This document shows, piece after piece, positions 58,664-64,000 of a DNA stretch of 64,000 bases; the first letter of the stretch is position 1; each line of letters starts with the position of its first letter. Position numbers and translations under genes: made by a program. Below the pieces are notes generated by a model. It was not told where the DNA came from, did no database searches, and saw only the letters and a list, made by a program, of their open reading frames with translations. The DNA comes from Microcoleus sp. (GTDB lineage Bacteria > Cyanobacteriota > Cyanobacteriia > Cyanobacteriales > Microcoleaceae): assembly GCA_052279835.1 (NCBI GenBank), contig CP181291.1, positions 6,080,001 through 6,144,000 of the forward strand, in the 5' to 3' direction.

Positions 58664-59029
58664 ATGTCAAAAATCTTAGTAGTAGACGATGTTCCCAGCG
58701 AACTAGAAATCATCTGTCGCATTCTTCAAGATGTGGGAATGGAAGTGATCCGGGCCGGAGATGGCGCAGAAGCGATCGCCCGTATCCAAGAAAAAGCGCC
58801 GGATCTGGTCATTTTAGATGTAGTAATGCCACGAATGAACGGATTTGAGGTGATTCGAGAATTGCGGGGCGATCGCAAAACCGCATATTTGCCAGTAGTA
58901 TTTTGTACTCATAAAAACACCGATATCGATAAAGCTTGGGGAACTGATTTAGGGGCTGATGCTTACCTCAGCAAACCCTTTGAACCTCAGCAACTTGTCA
59001 ACATTGTACAGCGTTTGCTATCAAAATAA
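58664..59029 (+). CDS. Single-domain CheY/PilH-like response regulator
   Basis: ILVVDD, LDVVMPRMNG and YLSKPF motifs. Confidence 0.93.
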   Translation: MSKILVVDDVPSELEIICRILQDVGMEVIRAGDGAEAIARIQEKAPDLVILDVVMPRMNGFEVIRELRGDRKTAYLPVVFCTHKNTDIDKAWGTDLGADAYLSKPFEPQQLVNIVQRLLSK

Positions 59030-59177
59030 ACTCCTGCTCAAAGATAGATATTTTTTTATATTGTCACGGGGATCTAGGGCGAAATTTTGCCAAGGGCGAG
59101 TTCCAGCGATCGACTAAGGGCAAACAGATAGCACATATTTTCTTTTTTTAAGCTACACTAGAGACTAAAAATAAGCC

Positions 59178-59678
59178 ATGAAAACAACTGCTTCTGGCAG
59201 TGCAGGGAATCAGACAAATGGAACAAAGCAATTTCTCGTCTTCGCTCAAGCAGACAGTTTGTTTGGCGTCGAGTTAGAAACAGTGCGGGAAGTGCTTTCC
59301 CTCAAAGAACAACCCATTTCGCCGGTGCCGAACACCCAGTCATTTTTGCTGGGATTAACCAACTTGCGGGGCGAAATTTTAGCGACAGCAGACTTTGGTC
59401 AGTTCACAGGTATCGCACCGGTTGATACCCACCATTCCAGCAGTCGCATCTTAGTCGTGGAAGCGCCCGATCCGCGAGACTTAAGACTGTCTAAAATGCG
59501 CATGGGCTTAGCTGTCTCCCGCGTTGAAGGAGTTTTACCTCTGAATCCCGATCGCATTGTCTCCGCCATAGACGTCAGTTCTGACCTCGCCCCCTTTCTC
59601 AAAGGTTTGTACAATTGTGATGGACGCTTACTCATGATTGTGGATGTAGAAGCGATCGCCCATTCCGAACGCTGGTAA
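59178..59678 (+). CDS. cheW: CheW chemosensory adaptor
   Basis: VREVL, PVPNT..FLLGLTNLRGEI and GLAVSRVEG motifs. Confidence 0.88.
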   Translation: MKTTASGSAGNQTNGTKQFLVFAQADSLFGVELETVREVLSLKEQPISPVPNTQSFLLGLTNLRGEILATADFGQFTGIAPVDTHHSSSRILVVEAPDPRDLRLSKMRMGLAVSRVEGVLPLNPDRIVSAIDVSSDLAPFLKGLYNCDGRLLMIVDVEAIAHSERW

Positions 59679-59768
59679 GTAGAAGGAAGAAGGAAGAATG
59701 GGGAGTAAATCTAAAATCTCGCAATCGATCCATCGCTCGCCTTTAATTTGCAAACTATAAATTTTATC

Positions 59769-62700
59769 ATGAAACTTCTCTATAGCTCGATCGCAACAAG
59801 TTTTACCCTGACATTACCAGATATCTCCCAGCCATTCCTGCTTGGGCTAGCAAATTGTATCATTTGTATATGTTACTTTGCGATCGCCTCACTGATTAGC
59901 TTAGGTTTGTGGCGAAACCGCAAATTCGGCTTCGATACCTTCGCCACAGTCACAGCATTCATATTTTGGAGTTGTGCCTTCGGGCACAGCGGCCACGCAG
60001 CAGAACACTTAGGATTGCCACACTCCCCAGTTTGGCAAACGGTGTGCGATTGGATTACTGTAATGCCGGCGATCGCCTTTTTAAGCCTCTCCAACCGCTA
60101 CAGCTTATTAGTAGGTTCCACCCAAATTCTGCAAGCAAAAAAAGACACAGAACAAGCCCTAAGTGAAACTACTCAGCGATTTCAATCCATCTTCGATCAA
60201 GCTTTTCAATTAATAACGCTATTAGAACCAGACGGTACTCTAATCGAAGCCAATCAAACAGCCCTAGAATTTGGTGATTACGAACCGTCAGATTTGCTTG
60301 GTCAGAAATTTTGGTATACACCTTGGTGGGCATCATCCTCAACAAACCAGCAACAGCTAAAAACTCACATCAAACAAGTATCCGCCGGCAAATTTGTCCG
60401 AGAAGAATACGAAATCATCGGAGTCAATAACCAAGTGACAGTAATTGACCTGTCCTTGAAACCCCTATTAAATGAAGCTGGGGAAGTATTTCAAATCCTC
60501 GCCGAAGGTCGGGATATTACCCAAAGCAAACAAACCGAAGCTCAATTGCAGCAGCTAACCGCAGAACTAGAGCAGCGAGTGCATGAAAGAACCCAACAGA
60601 TTCTGGAAACAAATAGACAATTACAACAGGAAATAAGCGATCGCACCGCAGTCGAACAACAGCTATTACGACTCAAATCAATTTTAGAAGCAACAACAGA
60701 CTGGGTAGGCATGGCAGATGCCAAAGGGAACAGTCTTTATATGAACCGCGCCACCAGAGAAATATTGAATGTTGGAGACAGTACCGATTTAGCAGGAGTC
60801 AGCATTTCTGACGTGATATCTCCCAAAAGTAAGGACACTATTGTGAAAGTCGGCATACCAGCAGCTTGCCGAGACGGAGTGTGGAGTGGCGAGATAATTT
60901 GGCAGACTTTAGACGGCCAAGAAATACCAGTTTCTCAAGTAATTATTGCTCACAAATCTGAGAATGGAGAAGTTGAATTTTTGTCAACCATCGCCCGCAA
61001 CATTAGTAATCGCAAGCGCACGGAACAAACCTTGCGACAAAACTTGCAAATGCTCGACCTTGCCAGCGATGCTTTGATTATTCGAGAGCTAGATGGCACA
61101 ATTAATTACTGGAATCAGGGAGCATCGCGCCTCTACGGCTGGACTAAGGAAGAAGCCTTGGAAAAAGTCACTCACAGCCTGTTTCATACTATCTTTCCCA
61201 AACAACCTTTAGCATCTATTTCGGCACAGCTAGAACAGCAGGATTATTGGGAAGGAGAACTGATTCATACTACTAATCACAACACCCGAATTACCGTATT
61301 CAGCCGCTGGACTTTGCAGCGAGACGAACAGGGAAACCCCAAAGCAATTTTAGAAACCAACAACGACATTACAGAGCGCAAGCTTGCCGAAATCGAAAAC
61401 AAAAGATTGATTTCGATCGTAGAAAGCAGCTCCGATTTTATCGGCGTGGCAGCGATAGATGGGCAGGCAATATACGTGAATGCCGCTGGAATGAAGCTAG
61501 TTGAACTTCAAAACATGGAACAAGTCAAAAGCAAAACCATGTTTGACTTTTTCACACCAGAAGACACTAAGATACTCAGGGAAGAGATTCTGCCTGCTAC
61601 GATGCGAGATGGCTTGTGGCAGGGAGAATTCCGGTTGAGAAACTTTCAAACCGACGAAAACATTCCCATTGACTTTACCCTGTTTACCGTCAAAGACCCA
61701 GAAACAGGCGAACCAGTGGGTTTAGCGACAGTTACCCGCGACATTAGCGATCGCAAGCGGGCAGAAGAGATGTTGCGCGATCGGGAAAGACTGTTCCGAG
61801 CCATTTTTGACCAATCGTTCCAATTTATAGGTCTGCTAGAACCCGACGGCACGATGTTAGAAGTCAACCAAACAGCCCTCTGGGCCACTGATGTGGGGAT
61901 TGAAGACATAGTAGGGAAGCCGTTTTGGGAAACCCCGTGGTGGGATATTTCCCCAGAAGTCAAGCAGCGGGTACGAGAAGCTGTCGCCAAAGCAGCCGGC
62001 GGCGAGGTAGTTCGCTACGAAGCGGAAGTCCTAGTTACCGGAGGTTTCGTCGCAACCATTGACTTCTCCCTCAAACCGATCGCCGACGATACTGGCAAAG
62101 TCGTGTTGCTGATTCCCGAAGGCCGCGACATCAGCGATCGCATTGCCCTAGAACGAGAACTAACCTTGCGTCAAGCCCGCTTTGATGCCTTTTTCGCCGC
62201 TTCACCAGCGGGAATGTTTATCACCGACGACAAACTGCGCTTCGTGCAGTTCAACCAGAAGATGGCCGAATTCGGTGGTCAGCCAGCTTCAGCATATATG
62301 GGCAAAACCCTATGGGAAGTTGAACCGGAAATGGCACCGACCATTGAGCCTTTGTACCAGCAGGTTTTGAGTAGCAACCAACCAATTTTAAACCTGGAAC
62401 TCTGCCTTGCAACTAACGCAGAGCCTAGTGTGATGCGGGACTGGGTGGCATCTTACTTTCCTTTACCCGGACAGGATGGCAAACCCATCGGTATTGGTAC
62501 CTTCATCTGGGAAGTGACCGATCGCAAAAACCTAGAACGAGAACTCGCCTTGCGTCAAGCCCGCTTTGACGCATTTTTTGCAGCCGCCCCAGCCTCAATG
62601 TTTATCTTTGACGACCATTTACGGTTCGTGCAAGTAAATGAAAAATTAGCCGAAACCACCGGGCCCTCAGTATCGGAACACCTCGGCAAAACGGTGAGGG

Positions 62701-64000
62701 AAATTGCACCCCAAATGGTCGATACTTTAGAGCCGATGCTGCAAAATATTCTGGCGAACAACGAACCTGTTTTGAACATCGAGTTATCCGGTACAACCCT
62801 GAGTCAACCGGGCGTCATGCGGTATTGGCTGGCTTCTTACTTTCCTTTGTCAGGAGAAAACGGTAAGCCGATCGGTGTCGGCGGAGTAGCAGTCGAAATT
62901 ACCGATCGCAAACAAGCAGAACAAGAACGCGATCGGTTTTTCACCCTTTCCCTAGACTTGCTGTGCATCGCCGATTTTGAAGGCAAATTCAAGCGCGTCA
63001 ATCCCGCCTGGGCAACAACCCTCGGCTACACTTTAGAAGAACTACAAGAACAACCTTTTCTCAATTTTGTTCATCCAGACGATCGCCAACATACCGCATC
63101 CGAAGCTAACAAAATAGCTCAGGGAATCGAAACAATCGCGTTTGAAAATCGCTACCGCTGCAAAGACGGTTCCTACAAGTGGCTGTCGTGGAAATCACGA
63201 CCTTTACACCAAGAAAAGATCATGTATGCAGTGGCTCGCGACATTACCGACAGCAAACACGCAATTAGTCAATTACAAGAAACAACCGCCCAGTTAGCCC
63301 GTTCCGAATCCGAATTTAGACAGCAAAAAAACCTCTTGCAACTGCTAATTGATAGCATTGGTGAAGGCGTAGTTGCAGCCGACACAAAAGGCAATTTTTT
63401 CCTGTTCAACCCCGCTGCCGAAAATATATTTGGCTTGGGTTCAACAGACACACTGCCCGACGAGTGGTCGGCAAAATACGGTTTATTTTTGAGCGATGGA
63501 GTTACTCCCTATCCCACCGCCGACATACCTTTAACGCGGGCCATTCGAGGAGAAATAGTTGACGACGCAGAGGTTTTCACCAGGCACGCAGGCAAGCCAG
63601 AGGGTGTGTGGGTAAAAATTAACGGCCGCCCGCTCAAAGACGAAACAGGAGCAATCAAAGGTGGCGTAGTTGTCTGCCGCAACATCACCGAAGAAAAAGC
63701 ATCTACCAAGCGAATGCAGCAGTTAGCAGAGTCACAAGAACGCTTACTGCAAGAACTCAAAACGCGGCAAAATGCCCTCGATGAATCCGCAATCGTCAGC
63801 GAAACAGACCTCAAAGGCATCATCACCTACGTCAACGAAAGATTCACTCAAATATCTGGTTACAGTATGGGAGAACTCCTCAACCGCGACCATCGCATCG
63901 TCAACTCCGGCTATCATCCCAAATCATTTTTTCAAGAAATGTGGCTGACGATTTCTCGCGGCTTGGTATGGAAGGGTGAAATAAAAAATCGGCGCAAAGA
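59769..64000 (+). CDS. Large sensor protein (3' partial): ethylene-receptor-like three-helix membrane domain plus about 10 PAS domains
   Basis: Absent from the ORF track, consistent with no stop codon in the window. ATG 59769 is in frame with the last codons (…GLVWKGEIKNRRK). Manual translation gives ANCIICICYFAIASLI…AFIFWSCAFGH and repeated PAS/PAC ends (GRDIT, ARNISNRK, NDITERK, RDISDRK). Confidence 0.85.
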   Translation, partial: MKLLYSSIATSFTLTLPDISQPFLLGLANCIICICYFAIASLISLGLWRNRKFGFDTFATVTAFIFWSCAFGHSGHAAEHLGLPHSPVWQTVCDWITVMPAIAFLSLSNRYSLLVGSTQILQAKKDTEQALSETTQRFQSIFDQAFQLITLLEPDGTLIEANQTALEFGDYEPSDLLGQKFWYTPWWASSSTNQQQLKTHIKQVSAGKFVREEYEIIGVNNQVTVIDLSLKPLLNEAGEVFQILAEGRDITQSKQTEAQLQQLTAELEQRVHERTQQILETNRQLQQEISDRTAVEQQLLRLKSILEATTDWVGMADAKGNSLYMNRATREILNVGDSTDLAGVSISDVISPKSKDTIVKVGIPAACRDGVWSGEIIWQTLDGQEIPVSQVIIAHKSENGEVEFLSTIARNISNRKRTEQTLRQNLQMLDLASDALIIRELDGTINYWNQGASRLYGWTKEEALEKVTHSLFHTIFPKQPLASISAQLEQQDYWEGELIHTTNHNTRITVFSRWTLQRDEQGNPKAILETNNDITERKLAEIENKRLISIVESSSDFIGVAAIDGQAIYVNAAGMKLVELQNMEQVKSKTMFDFFTPEDTKILREEILPATMRDGLWQGEFRLRNFQTDENIPIDFTLFTVKDPETGEPVGLATVTRDISDRKRAEEMLRDRERLFRAIFDQSFQFIGLLEPDGTMLEVNQTALWATDVGIEDIVGKPFWETPWWDISPEVKQRVREAVAKAAGGEVVRYEAEVLVTGGFVATIDFSLKPIADDTGKVVLLIPEGRDISDRIALERELTLRQARFDAFFAASPAGMFITDDKLRFVQFNQKMAEFGGQPASAYMGKTLWEVEPEMAPTIEPLYQQVLSSNQPILNLELCLATNAEPSVMRDWVASYFPLPGQDGKPIGIGTFIWEVTDRKNLERELALRQARFDAFFAAAPASMFIFDDHLRFVQVNEKLAETTGPSVSEHLGKTVREIAPQMVDTLEPMLQNILANNEPVLNIELSGTTLSQPGVMRYWLASYFPLSGENGKPIGVGGVAVEITDRKQAEQERDRFFTLSLDLLCIADFEGKFKRVNPAWATTLGYTLEELQEQPFLNFVHPDDRQHTASEANKIAQGIETIAFENRYRCKDGSYKWLSWKSRPLHQEKIMYAVARDITDSKHAISQLQETTAQLARSESEFRQQKNLLQLLIDSIGEGVVAADTKGNFFLFNPAAENIFGLGSTDTLPDEWSAKYGLFLSDGVTPYPTADIPLTRAIRGEIVDDAEVFTRHAGKPEGVWVKINGRPLKDETGAIKGGVVVCRNITEEKASTKRMQQLAESQERLLQELKTRQNALDESAIVSETDLKGIITYVNERFTQISGYSMGELLNRDHRIVNSGYHPKSFFQEMWLTISRGLVWKGEIKNRRK

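Noticed and set aside
59873..63826. Short ORFs listed in the track across this span
   Set aside because: They are alternative-frame or antisense shadows of the long PAS sensor gene starting at 59769.

Overview
A chromosomal window from a filamentous cyanobacterium, probably Oscillatoriales and Microcoleus/Tychonema-like. This is inferred from dense HIP1 (GCGATCGC) sites, heptamer tandem repeats and gene content; all family assignments are by motif recognition, not database search. Housekeeping and carbohydrate genes: glgP, dnaK, treY, treZ, a glycogen debranching enzyme, glk, cobA-hemD, homogentisate phytyltransferase, leuS and an APS-type cysH. glgP and glk each carry a single +1 frameshift. 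Signalling genes: a PAS/GGDEF/EAL protein, and cheY-cheW followed by a gene of more than 1400 codons that the ORF track misses, with an ethylene-receptor-like membrane domain and about 10 PAS domains, running off the right edge. Accessory regions: a toxin-antitoxin array separated by HIP1-rich repeated spacers (including a decayed mazEF-like pair broken by nested miniature elements), a COP23/double-trypsin/secreted Cys-rich protein operon, and a 3398-aa TPR/multi-glycosyltransferase convergent with a glycosyltransferase-methyltransferase fusion. There is a probable Yfr2-family sRNA. Many small dispersed repeats are present, and several sit in-frame inside proteins, including LeuS and HemD. No rRNA, tRNA, CRISPR array or autonomous transposase was found.
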